A stretch of DNA of 62,578 nt, filler included, from Globobulimina sp. (lineage: Eukaryota): NCBI GenBank assembly GCA_003354225.1. It is 23 parts of 23 records of this genome, joined end to end, with 100 filler letters (N's around TTAATTAATTAA, not from the genome) between each part and the next. Parts side by side here need not be neighbours in the genome. Positions count along the whole stretch, not along the records: positions 1 to 2,627 come from PIVH01005646.1; positions 2,728 to 5,353 come from PIVH01005647.1; positions 5,454 to 8,079 come from PIVH01005648.1; positions 8,180 to 10,805 come from PIVH01005649.1; positions 10,906 to 13,531 come from PIVH01005650.1; 18 more parts are not named here. One strand, given 5' to 3'. A program made the position numbers and the translations under genes. Numbering within the stretch: the stretch's first letter is position 1; each line of letters opens with the position of its first letter. Shown here piece after piece: positions 1-12,595 of the stretch. The notes beneath the pieces were generated by a model. It saw only the letters and a program-made list of their open reading frames with translations, searched no databases and was not told the DNA's origin.

Positions 1-682
1 TTCCCATTCCAATACGAGTTCCATCTCAATTACACTAGATTTGTGCCAGTATGATGACTCCCATCCAACTGTGTCCCCTCTCACACCACTGTTCCTTTTC
101 TGTTTCCTTGACAGCTCTCCGACTCACACCCCAATTGCCAGTAAACCAATGGCTCCCAGTCCCAGATCACAAATCACAAATCAAGCGCACTTCTATCCCA
201 AAACCAAAGGTCAATGCATCTCTACGGATTAAACAATTGAAAAAGAAACGAAAGCGCCGGATCTTCAATAAACCAATACCCACCGCCTCCAAACCAACAC
301 ATTACACATTCCAGAGTCACGAGAGCCACTTCAAAGTTATCTCAACAGTCAGTTTTTCAAATCTTGAAAAGCATGAATTGGAGAACAAGAGAATTAAATC
401 AAAAAACAAGACATGAAAAAGTGACGCTCCCCTCCTCCATCATATCGTTCCATTTATTTATCTGTATTGTTATTGTTCTTTTTCTTTTTCCTCCAATATA
501 TATAGTTGCCAATATCACCATTTCTTCCCTTCCCTTTCGTTCACAATTCACGATTGGTTAGGTGTTTTATTTTGGTTTATCATATTATTTATTTTGTATA
601 TATATATATTGTTGTATTTTAGTGTGTGTTACTAAGATGTTTTTTAGTTGTTTATCAAAAACAATTCTTAAATTTATTCTTC

Positions 683-720
683 TTCTGATGAAGGCCTCCT
701 TTATGAGGTCGAAACGTCAA
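683..720 (+). ncRNA. Minimal type I hammerhead ribozyme (Penelope-like retroelement type)
   Basis: CTGATGA (685-691), A, stem II GGCCTC/GAGGTC with loop CTTTAT, GAAA (711-714), palindromic ACGT minimal stem III, GTC cleavage triplet (716-718); stem I is short/imperfect. Confidence 0.75.
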
Positions 721-1462
721 AAATTGTAAATTAGATAGTTGGATCAACTCCTTCAAGCCACTATCGCCCAGTCTCGAATAAAATTATATATTTATTCACA
801 TTTTCTATACTATTAAACATCATAAATTGCTGTCATCACAAATCACAATACATCAACAAATATTGACAGAAAAACCTGCTCAAAACATTGAGAAACGTTT
901 CTATCTGCAGCGGGACAGAAGAATCGCAAAGTTCCAAAATCCCAAAAGTCTATGGATCCTAAAACATGAACGGCAATGATTATGAAAATTAGTATAGTAT
1001 AATACAAAACCACTGCAGATGCAGATAGAAAAAAAAATAACACCAATTTCCAGATTTTTCAAAATAAAAATAAAAATAATAATAAAAGGACAAAGAACAG
1101 AGAAGAGAAATAAAAGCCAGCAAAAGTTAGCACGATTTGTCAATACGGCACTTTAATTGATCTCCATTTACGGTTTGGAACTCTCGCTGTCCGGTGCAAT
1201 GTCATATATTGAAAATACTTGTTTTAATGATTCGATTTAACTTGATTTAAAATTACACATTAAATTATTTACACTTTCTATTATTTACACTTTCTATTAT
1301 TTACACATTCAATTAATTACAATAATTTCATTGGTAATGCGAAATTGAGTATTCATACATTTATAAATAAATTATTCTTTGCTTTTTATACACGTAAATA
1401 TAACTTTATAAATAATTTCAATAATTGATACAACATAGTATTTAAGGGATTTATGGCACGTA

Positions 1463-1539
1463 CCTTTATCAGCCACCAGAAACGGTTTGCTTACGCCTTA
1501 CCCCAATAAAAATATGACGCTGAAGACAGGATGCTCTTT
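1463..1539 (+). repeat. 77-bp dispersed element, copy 1 (copy 2 at 57232-57308)
   Basis: Manual ungapped alignment gives 68/77 identities. Confidence 0.9.
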
Positions 1540-1545
1540 TAGCAT

Positions 1546-2627
1546 GAAACGAAGATTAACATTCGACCATTACAGCAATGGCCAGAACAACAAAAGAGCG
1601 AATCCTGGTTGGTCCACTAGACTGAAAAACTTGCTTCAAACATCAGCAACAAAACCCCTTTTCAGCACAAGAACAACCGCAACAACAAACACTTTCAAGA
1701 CTGCAGCAACACCAACCTTTAGATTCAGAAATTGGGCCAATATGGCAACGAACGTGATCGATAATGAGGAAGCAACGACGAGACAATCATCGAGACTCAG
1801 AGGAGACACAGTCCAAACTCCCACGATGATTACAACACGAAGAAGAAATGCGGATCAGGATCAGAAGCAAACTGAGCAGCAGACCGAGGTGCAACAAACA
1901 GCTGCCACCGCGACAACGACAAATGAGCAGAAATGTGATATCAATCAAGAGCTGGCAGTACTGTATAGATTGAACATTTATACGCATTAAGATTGCATGA
2001 CAGCTGCAATCAGACGTATTTATTTGAAGCATTTGACACCGAACATAAGAATGAATTCATCGGAAGAAGAAATAATGAAATCGCCGCTGCGGAAGCGATG
2101 AGAGCGCAGAGAATCGATGGGAGAAATCCCAATGAAATAATAAATTTGGTCGCCGAAGAAGACAGACGCGAAAGAGAAGAAAATACAGTTTTGTACTAAA
2201 GCAAATCTCTAAAGGCGGGCATAGCAACGCCAGCCGTGCAATATCTCACGTTTTTGATGAGACAGCAACTGAATCATAACCCCACACAGAAGACGCAGGG
2301 GCTTGAATAACATCCTGGATAACATCCTGGATAAAGTATCCGCGAATGAGACGGCTGTGGAGAATTTGGCCACAGTCTCAATGAAATCGAACGCGCAGCA
2401 ACGCAAAGCAAAGATGGCTGCGAACAAAGCGAAATTTGATTACCGCGACTCTGTATATACCCGGAAATACGGGGATTTAGAGGGCAATTTCATTGATGCA
2501 GCGGTCGACCCTTTAAACGTAAACGTCGAGAAAGAGAGAAGATTGCCGGTAAACATCAAACAAAACGGCGTCATCACAGCAATGTTGGCATTTAATTACC
2601 AACAACGAATTGAGCCATACGTGAGAG
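1546..2627 (+). pseudogene. Disrupted long ORF of unknown identity, possibly mobile-element derived
   Basis: Three consecutive same-strand ORF pieces (1487-1990, 1993-2199, 2303-end) broken by stops and frameshifts; GC-richer than flanks; no recognisable domain. Confidence 0.35.
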
Positions 2628-2727
2628 NNNNNNNNNNNNNNNNNNNNNNNNNNNNNNNNNNNNNNNNNNNNTTAATTAATTAANNNNNNNNNNNNNNNNN
2701 NNNNNNNNNNNNNNNNNNNNNNNNNNN
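2628..2727. other. Artificial contig spacer (first of 22)
   Basis: N-run + TTAATTAATTAA (stops in all six frames) + N-run, recurring about every 2725 bp. Confidence 0.98.
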
Positions 2728-3260
2728 TTACAACAAAATCTTAATGTGGTTAAAAAAGATGCAATTCCCAATATAATAATTGGTATAATTGTGCCCCATT
2801 TTACAATCTGTATTCAAATATATTTAAAAAATAGTTATTTGTCATGCAAAGTAGTTACTATAGAAACACATACAAATGCAAACCACAGCATCGAACCCTG
2901 CAAATCGCCTTTCATTTCTGAATATGGCAATGTAGTTTGGCCGACAAATCCAAGTATTCTTCTTGCGGCACCAGAACCGTCTCCACCGAGTCGTCTGCCA
3001 CCAGCACCACCACCACCACCACCGAGTCGTGTGCCAGCACCAGATGCAAAGGGCAGCGGCTTCTGCCCAATTTCTACACGATCAGAATACCATTCCGTTT
3101 TAGTTTTGTCAGCAGTAGTCGAGGACATGCGCATTATATTTGGCATTTCAATGAGTCGGCTGAATGGACCTGCCTTCATAGTGGCTGATACAATCGGTTG
3201 ATCATAGTACCAGACAGCAGCAAGTATGATAAATGTAACAAGCATCAGAATCCATGACAC
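2728..3260 (-). CDS. Multi-pass membrane protein, partial, function unknown
   Basis: Hydrophobic segments (SWILMLVTFIILAAVWYY; MLWFAFVCVSIV) flanking a Gly-rich loop; probably continues past an intron to the contig end. Confidence 0.4.
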
Positions 3261-3731
3261 AATTAGTTTGTACCGAGATTCTTGTGGAGCTTTTTTATTG
3301 TTTTGATAAGGATCAGGTTGCGATGTGGTTGCGTGTGATTTGAGATCAGTTGTTTTTGGGATCTGTTTATTGTACGCAACAAAATTTTGTTTTTTTTTAG
3401 GTTTATTATTAATATCACATCACATAGTCACATACTTGGATGGTTTCGTTTGGATATTTTTCTTCTTCTTCTTCTTCTTGGTACATGTTATCTTCTTTGT
3501 AACTTTCTGGAGTTAAAACAAAAAAGGGATGTTTAATTCGCCGGTGTTATAAGTGCGGATTTCCGACGATAATAATTACAAAATACAAAGATTGCAGCTG
3601 TAATTTATGTACTCAAGTACTTTTTTTATGTATTATATAATAAAACTAGCAGCATTTGAATCAATAGTTCCATTATTTAGATATAAACCAATTACAGCCG
3701 ACTCACAAACTGTTTTGCGGACATTTTTTGG

Positions 3732-4842
3732 ATGGCGATTCTCAACACGAAGTTTAAAAGTCTATCTCTTGTCAGACATTGTTTTGTCCTCAATGCATGG
3801 TTTCTATTTTGTAACTTATTGTGGACATCACATCATCTTTATGGGCTGGACAGAAACAATTTGGATGCACAAACAAACGCAAATATAATTACTTTAACAC
3901 AACCATTTCGCCCATTATTGGTCACCATTACAACTTTCGGGTTTGTAGATTTTACAAAAAATTGGGTAATAAGTTTACAAAAAAATGGCATCAATGATTC
4001 ATTGGTACTTTGTGGCGATATTAAATGCTATCAATCAATAAAGCAATTTAGTTCAAACATAAATGTTGAATTAATTTCTGATTCGATACTACCGGAACAT
4101 GGACGGTTTGCCAGGTTTGACTCACAATTATACAAAAAAATTGTAAATGAGAGGTCAGCAATTATGCATACGCTGTTTATGAAGTTGTATAAGTACAATA
4201 ATTCACAATATGATGGTGTATTATTTATGGACTCTGATATTGCCGTTACAAACAATTTTCTACCGTTACTGCAAAATGAATATTTGTATTTTGACAAAAG
4301 CAAAGCGATTATAAATGATATGGTCGTTGTTAAGGTAATTTTGTATTTAATATAATGAACATAATTGATGAGATTCCTATGTTAAATACAAAATACTTTT
4401 GTTGTTGTGCTGATTTAAGGACGTCAACGATTTTGAATGTAATAAGACGTCTGATGGGCCATATTGCGGCTGTTTGCTGTTTTTACCATTTCATAAAACT
4501 AAAAAAGATGTTATTATACACAAAAAGAAAATAGACTTTTTTTTTGGTAAATGGTATAATACAACGCATAGAAAAGGTGGACAAAGATTTGGCGATCAAC
4601 AACCAATGAATAGAGCAATTAGAAGAGTGAGAGGAGAATTTTCTTGGATTTCAGTTTTAAAACTCGGTGTGTTGCACTGTTCTCATTTTCCCAGCGGGTG
4701 GTCCATGCAAAATGATTCGTGGGTCAGTATATTTTGGGAAAATGCTCAAAATAGAAATGTTCAAGCAGTTCATGCCAACTTTATGACCGGATATCAGAAT
4801 AAAGTTAATTTTTTAACTAAATATAATATATGGCATATTTAA
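3732..4842 (+). CDS. Nucleotide-diphospho-sugar transferase (Nucleotid_trans/GT77-like), intron 4335-4419
   Basis: N-terminal hydrophobic anchor, DxD (FMDSDI), DQ motif, C-terminal VHANF..G...K....W; phase-0 GT-AG intron joins the two ORFs. Confidence 0.8.
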
Positions 4843-5599
4843 TTGTAATGTAATTTATTAAACTCTTTCAAATTTATATCTATTGTATGATTTATTGAAT
4901 TATTATTATTTTTTCGCTTTTTAAACTGCTTTCTGTTTTGAATTTTATTTACACGGATTTGTATGTTTGTTTTTGCATATTGGCAAGAAACGCGAAACAC
5001 GCAAACCTTTAGTTTTATGTTTGACGACACGTCGAGAATGACTGGTTTTAGTATGTGTTGATTCATGCTTTTATGAGAATTCCTGTGCTTAATATGCAGG
5101 AATGACTTTGTTATTTGAGTAGAACTGTTTTTGAACGCAAAATCGTATAAATTATTTATGTATTCAATATACAAGCAACATCAACAATTACTACAACACG
5201 AAACATAACAGGAAACTGAACCATTCTTTCATAATATAAATCAAAAACCTCTTTACAAAAAACTTTAAAACTTACCTTTCTCCAAACATGAAACAACTCA
5301 TCCTTCCATTTCTCGCAACTGATTAAACTGTGGTTTCTAAATTTTAATCAATANNNNNNNNNNNNNNNNNNNNNNNNNNNNNNNNNNNNNNNNNNNNTTA
5401 ATTAATTAANNNNNNNNNNNNNNNNNNNNNNNNNNNNNNNNNNNNNNNNNNNNGATATTCCGCAACCAAATCCTTCAATTCTAAAACCTGGAAATAATAA
5501 AGCATCTAATCACACAATTGGACATAAATAACAACATATCGCTGATAGCATCAATTACCAGGGACACAAATCACACAATATCATATCAAGCAGTTCCAT

Positions 5600-7087
5600 T
5601 ATCTTTTATATATCCAAACCCGCACAAAGACTACAAAAAATATTCCATAATCGATATGATGAAACAATTGGCGTTCTGGAAAAGCATGGTCGTGACATCA
5701 ACGATGCAAAGCGAATATCACCTCCAAATGCTGTCATATTTCCGCAAACAATACAAGAATGCATAGATTTGGTAAAAATATGCAATTCACATAAACCAAA
5801 GTCTATTGCAGTCGTTCCATATTCTGCTGGAACTGGATTAGAATCACATATCACAGCAATGCCACACACACCAACCATATCCATTACTTTTGCAAAAATG
5901 AATAAAATTATCAACGTATATGCACAAGATATGATGGTAACGGTTCAACCTGGAATTGGTTTCATGCAATTAAACAAAGCATTGAAACCCTACCAATTAT
6001 TCGTGGGTTGTGATCCCGCTCCGAGTGCATGTATTGGCGGCATGGTTGTATGTAAAAAATTGCATATTTTCTGCATTTGATTGCTAATTTCTTTGTGCTT
6101 ATTAGCTTTATATAAATATCTGTAGGCAACATGTTGCAGTGGACCCTCTGCCATACGTTATGGAACAATGCGAAATCAAGTTATAAATTTAACCATTGTA
6201 TTAGCAGATGGTCGAGTAATAAAAACAGGACAAAGAGCTGTAAAATCTGTTGCTGGCTACAACTAAATGGTCTGTTTGTTGGCAGTGAGGGTACATTGGG
6301 AATTATTGTCGAAGCAACGTTACGATTACGAGCCTTGCCGCAATACATTGAAATTGCCCAAGCAGTGTTTGATTGCAATGATTGGCATTCCATTGGAGAG
6401 TGTGTTAAAGAGATTAATTTAAGTGGAGTATTTTTGGCAGCATTTGAATTTATGGACAATAACATGATAAATGATTGCATCAAATATGATCCAAAAGCAA
6501 ATTTGATTGAGAATAAGAATGTTATTATGTTTAAATTTTTAGGCGCTACAAAGGATCACATTGCAGCGGATATTAAAGTGATTGAAAATATTGTGAGTAA
6601 GCACAGTAAATATGCATTTGTTTGGAGCAAAACAGCTGAGGAAAGACGTAGATTATGGAGTGTGCGAAAGAATTCTTTTTGGGCGAATAAATTTGCAAAT
6701 CCAGGATTGAATTCTGTATCGACTGATGTTGCAGTGCCATATAGCAATTTTAGTAAATGTATAAAGCAATGTAAAATGGAGATGGATCGGAGTGCATTGT
6801 ACTGTGCCATTGTTGGGCATATTGGTGATGGTAATTGGCATGCTGCGATATGTTACAATCAGAGGATTGACAGTCAGGTTAAAGAGGTGCTTCGGTTAAT
6901 GGAGTTTATTGTAGATTGTGCATTGGAATTGGATGGAACATGTACTGCAGAACATGGAATAGGCAAAAATAAAAAGAAATTTTTGTATAAAGAGCTCGGA
7001 AATAATGCTGTTAAATTAATGCAGGCGTTGAAAAAACACCTTGATCCAAACGGGATATTTTGTCCTGGAAATGTTGTCGATATATAA
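5600..7087 (+). CDS. LDHD: FAD-linked D-lactate dehydrogenase (LDHD/DLD1-like), intron 6048-6125, apparent 1-bp frameshift near 6264; start uncertain
   Basis: P.AVIFP, GTGLESH, DPAPSACIGGM, AIRYGTMR, GSEGTLG, TDVAVP, GHIGDGNWH, CTAEHGIG, LDPNGIFCPG. Confidence 0.88.
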
Positions 7088-7710
7088 TCAAATCAAATTT
7101 TCATTGTTGGTCGGATTTCAACTTTTACAGATCGATTTCCACACATTCACTTGGAGCTGGATCACAATAAATTTTATTACAGATATTTGTTTTCGATGGA
7201 TTTGCCATTTTTAAATAGCTTTCTTTAATTACACATTATAGTTTGTGAGTTCCCATAATTATCGCTTGGGTTTGTGAATGTTTATTTGTACAGAATCTAT
7301 GATTTGTTTGATTGTTTTAATTGGACTATTATTTGAATTTTGGATAGAGTTATATGAAATGTCGTCAATCCCAACCATTGCCACTGCAGACACACACTGC
7401 AGTCACAACTACTGAGCTAATTTTAATTTTGGTGATCGTAATTCAACTTTTGGAGTTAATTGCTCACCACAATAAATTAGCTCAATAGTTGTGGTTGCAG
7501 TGGCTAACTCCAAAAGTTGAAGTCTGATCACAACAATGAAAATTAGCAGTGGGGATGTTAATCTCGTCGGTGTGTAGTGGAGTGTATATAAAATAAAAAA
7601 ATCAACCCAAATCAAACCATTATCATGCAGCAAACATGTGTTAGATACATATTATTATCATTGTCTTTATAATGTATCAACACACTGAACGCAGTTATGG
7701 GAGTTTATGT

Positions 7711-8079
7711 TCATGCTCCAATTACAAAGTAACAATGAATAATTCTCAAAACATCAAGACTAAAAAATGAAATCCGATGTTGATCTATACTCCGAATGTA
7801 CCCTTCAATTAAAATTGCAACATTAAAATATATCCCATTATATTTATTAAACAATTCATTTGGTACAATATCTTTTAATTCAATATTCATATGAAATGGT
7901 GGTAAATTCAATTGTAATTCAGATTCATTACATATATCAAAATTAATTGCATGCAATATGCCATCCATTGTAACAAACATATGATGTTCATATTGTTGTA
8001 TATTCCATCCTAAACTGTGCGCACATTCATATATTTTCCAATCATTAACATCAATAAAAGCAATCGATTCTTATCCTCC
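7711..8079 (-). CDS. 3' end of uncharacterised protein with C-terminal LxxGYIR..D(V/I)LxII..YF motif
   Basis: ORF 7711-7980 ends LIEGYIRSIDQHRISFFSLDVLRIIHCYF; 5' truncated by contig end. Confidence 0.5.
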
Positions 8080-8430
8080 NNNNNNNNNNNNNNNNNNNNN
8101 NNNNNNNNNNNNNNNNNNNNNNNTTAATTAATTAANNNNNNNNNNNNNNNNNNNNNNNNNNNNNNNNNNNNNNNNNNNNATTGTCTATTAATGAAGAAAT
8201 TGATGGTTGAAGTTGCTAAGAAATTTAAGAATGGATCGGAAATGAGATCGGATTTGAAATTATATCAGTTTCCATTGAGGGAAAGCGATTTTGGTTGGAC
8301 ATGTACAAAGGGAGCGTCTCGGATTGTCCATGCTTCGCCAACACAGAATACACAGATCACAAAATCAAGAGTCTTAATTTAAATAAGTGCATGAGACTTA
8401 ATTTAAATAAACAACATCAAACAATTCTAC

Positions 8431-10805
8431 TCATTTTTTGTTAGATTCCATTTTGCGAACAATTTTAGACACACATTTCTTAACAAATTGATCTTTCTTT
8501 CCGTATGAATCCAAGCAATTCTTTAAAATATGTCTCCAACCATATCTAATCATTGATTTTTTAAATTTTGAGAAATAACATATGTTCGACAATGAGTATA
8601 AACAATTTCTAATTACACATAAATGGCGATTTATTCTTATTTCATTTAGTAATAGTTTGACAACATTGTTTTTTATAATTTCGTTTATTATGATATCAAT
8701 ATCATTATTATTACTTTGCTGCGATACTAAATTACCAATAGCTCCAGCTGCATTTTCCTGCGTTTTGTAATCTTCGTCCTCTAATCGCAACGCTAACGGC
8801 TTAATACATATTATTAAATCTCTGTAATTATTATTATTATTACTATTGTTATTCTTTGTGGATTGATACGCAATATTTCCAATCGCATAACATGCAAATC
8901 GACGCATATTTGTTGATAACTTATTTTCTGTGCATTCACACAATAATTTTAATAAATTTTCCCTTTTGATTATATTCAAAAATTCATCCGAATGTCTACA
9001 TAAATTTCCGATTAAATTACATATTTTTTCTTTAATTTCAATGGATTCATCGTCGCACAATAAATATTTCGGAATTAATGTAAAAATCCCGGTGCTTTCA
9101 ATTTTGTCATAAAACTGTTTATTATCATAAAACTGTTGATATTTTCGGGCCGTACAACTTATAATTTGTAAAACTTGAATGATTATCTTATTGCTGTGAT
9201 ATTCACGCTGTTTTATGATCGAATTGGTTATAATTAATAAACCGTTATTACTTAAAAACTCCTTCATATATAACGATTGTTTCCACGTTATATAAAATAG
9301 TAAATTGCAGCATTCTTCTTTTTGTTTTGGTGGCGAAACTTGAATATAATTCAATATGGATGATATTAATTGGAATTCCAATGTTATTTTATGGAAATTG
9401 TATATTATTTTATTGTCTCCCACTGAATTAATTCTATTACGTCCATTAAATCCTGGCGATACAAATGCTTTTTGTGATGATATTTTTTTAGAATATTGAG
9501 ATGCTAAAAATCTATAAATTAACAAAATTGAGGAATACGACATATCGCAACATTCAATCAAATCGTCATATAATGTATCAATGTAAAATGGTAAAATCGA
9601 TATATATTCCAAGATAAACTGTGGATTGCCTAAAATCGATAGAGTTTTAATATGATTTTTGCACAGAAATTCTTTCATTAATTGATTTTTTTGACATTGA
9701 TTTATACTCAAACATGAATCGGAAATCAATATTTTTAATATTTTATAGTAAAACTTCAGAAATATGTTCAAACTTTGTGCGGAAATGATATATTCTTTGC
9801 TCTTATTGTCTTTATTATTTTCTTTGTTTATTATATATTCGATTCGTTTGGTTAAAATATTAAATAACTGCAGCGAGATTGTAATGGATAGTTTTACATT
9901 TTGTTGAATATCAACAACAGATAATGTATTGCACCAAAAATCAAATATATTGTTATTGATATCACCAAAAATGACATTTAAATCCGTTACTGTTTGAATA
10001 AAACGTAAATTATTTTGCCACAGAATTTTATAATCAGTATTTAAATATTTATGGTTTATAATTAATATCGATGTGGATAGATTCGATACAATCATATTTG
10101 ACGAATTTGAGAGTTTATTTAGTACATTTCCTATGTTTCGTATTTCATTTGTTTGTATATTTAATGCATTTTTTAAATGATACAATAATGCCAATCCATT
10201 TAACTGTGCTTCGGTTTCTATTTCTAGCATTTTATTATAAATATATAATATTAATAATCTTTTGAGTGATAAATCATTTTCGATGTTATTTCGTATAATT
10301 TGTGATGTTTTGAACATAAATAATAAAAACTTTAACGTGTATTTACTGTTTTGCTTTAAGATATTTTTTAAAAACAAACTTAATTGATTTGCTTTACAAA
10401 TTTGAGTTTGAATGTGTCTGCAAAATTTGTAAATTGGTATCTGTGACATGGACTGTTTTGAAAATGCATTCAATTTTAATTTGGCGCTGGCCATATAACA
10501 ATGCAATGGATAATACTCAATTAGTTGGCATGCGATATCTATTATGTTTGTGATATTTGCTATATTTGACAAATCATTGTTAAATATGAATGAAGACATA
10601 AATTCTTCATTTATCATAAATTTGAGCATTTTCTCATCCTTTAAATGGATAATCGCTTTTATTAATTTGCATATAGTCGGAAATAACTGACACGAATCAA
10701 AATATGTTGTTTTTGTGATATGAGTTAATGTGTTTTGTAAAATGCCATAATTTATTTCATATTTCTCATATTTTTGCATTCGAACCATAGTTAAATGCAT
10801 AACCT
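8431..10805 (-). CDS. STK36: Fused/STK36/TIO-like kinase, C-terminal ARM/HEAT region (5' partial)
   Basis: CNLIGNLCRHS, RRFACYAIGNIAY and DEDYKTQENAAGAIGNLV match the Fused-family C-terminal repeats; kinase domain is off-contig. Confidence 0.75.
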
Positions 10806-11202
10806 NNNNNNNNNNNNNNNNNNNNNNNNNNNNNNNNNNNNNNNNNNNNTTAATTAATTAANNNNNNNNNNNNNNNNNNNNNNNNNNNNNNNNNNNNNNN
10901 NNNNNATGATTTCCAGGGGTTTCTGAGCGTTACCGCTCCCATAGGTTGGATATTATTTGTTTATCAGGATTGAATCGAATAATAATCAAAGATAGAAGGA
11001 AGAACTGGTTATTTAATTATTTTAGTAAATTTTCATCATCAATTAAAGAAAAATATAATGAAAAAAACTTCGGTGTAGCGTTAAAAAGAAAACAAGGAGA
11101 ATATACAAATGAAGATTGGTTAATAATTTGTGTTTAGATTTTTTGTTTGTGTGTTTTTAATTATTACAAGGTGGGACTTGAGAGTTTTGAGAACATTTGA
11201 AA

Positions 11203-12512
11203 CTAAATCGCAGCCAATATTTTATTGGTTACATGATTCAAATCAAGATTCTGAATCAACACACATTTATCTCTAGATTTATGACCTTTATAGACGACAA
11301 CATTACTTTTCTTACATCCAACCACATTTGCAATAAACGTACACAACTCCTTATTCGCAGCACCATCGGTTGGCTGCGCTGCGATCCTCAAATTCAAACA
11401 ATTTTCATCATAATCAACAAAACAAGTTTCCTTTGCGTTTGGTTTAACATTTACATTCAATAAAAGTCCATTCTTCGACAGCTGCAAACATTGCAATCCA
11501 TTCCTCTTATTTCCATCATTCACTTTCTTATCAGTCACATCCACATCGCAATCAATTTTCTCATTTATATGCACAATCATTTTATAATAACTCTCCAAAT
11601 TGCCTTCCTTCAATGAATCATAAACCACTTTCATTCCACCTTTCGTATTTGCTTCAATATGATGAAATGTCCATTTTTTATATTTCAAGCCCTCTTCAAA
11701 AGCAATATTATCGCAATACCACTCATTCTCTGTCTCTCTCACTATCATTCGCTGCCAATTCCAGCTCTAAATATTCAGAAACGAATGTTTTCACAAACTA
11801 CTTTTCAAAAACGAATACATAGAAATTAGAAACCTTCAAATCAGCAATATAGGAATTAACATTTTTATGCAAGCCTTCCGCCACAATAACACCCGGTTTG
11901 CCAGTCACACAAAACCCGGTCAGTTTATATTGTCTGGCGAGTTGATTGATATTTCTTTTTTTTGTGCTGGAATAAATGTGATGGAACCACATATATGACC
12001 TTTGTAGATTTAGTTTGGTTTTAGGCATTGTTTTGGCTGCGTTCCTGTTGAAGTTAATGACTGTAATGACAGATACAATGTTTTCTTGAATCCAATCAAA
12101 TAAATCAAATAAAACAGTAGTGCCTGGTTCAAATTCTTGGCAAATACGAGATTTTAATAAATTATTTGCGTCTTCGATTGAGGATTTGCTGTGTTTCGAA
12201 GACTTGGAACGAATAAATAAGTTTGGCGCTGCAGTGGATGGATAGTTTGATGGCAGAGTACAATCAATGCGGATTTTGGAAGTTATTGATAATGTGAATT
12301 GTAAGTTTGGTAAACTATTTTGTTTGGTATTTGAATGGATGCTGGATTGCTGATGTTTAATTGTTGAAGTTTATGCATTGAATTTAATAATATTTGAATG
12401 GATGTGACATAACTAATTTGGTGATGAGAGTTGGGTCAAATGATAGTTTGTCGGTATTGAAGATGCTTTGAATTGATTCAAATTCTTGGAGCTGTTCTTC
12501 TAAATCAGACAT
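11203..12512 (-). CDS. RWDD2-like protein (RWD + DUF1115) fused to a C-terminal DUF167/UPF0235 (YggU/C15orf40-like) domain; introns ~12351-12413 and 11767-11833
   Basis: MSDLEEQLQEFESIQSIF, LPSNYPS (RWD); WFHHIYS..K, LTGFCVTGKPGVIVAEG, NWQRM (DUF1115); VNVKPNAK, IAAQPTDGAANKEL, GHKSRDK (DUF167). Confidence 0.82.
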
Positions 12513-12595
12513 GGTCAACAAAGTGAAAACACATTTAATTTATCGGATTTGTTAAAGCTGTTTTTACTCGAATTATTATCTGCAGAGTAGAGTCA

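Noticed and set aside
1262-1310. Short 16-bp tandem duplication, plus poly-T and (AT)n tracts elsewhere
   Set aside because: Ordinary low-complexity slippage in AT-rich DNA.
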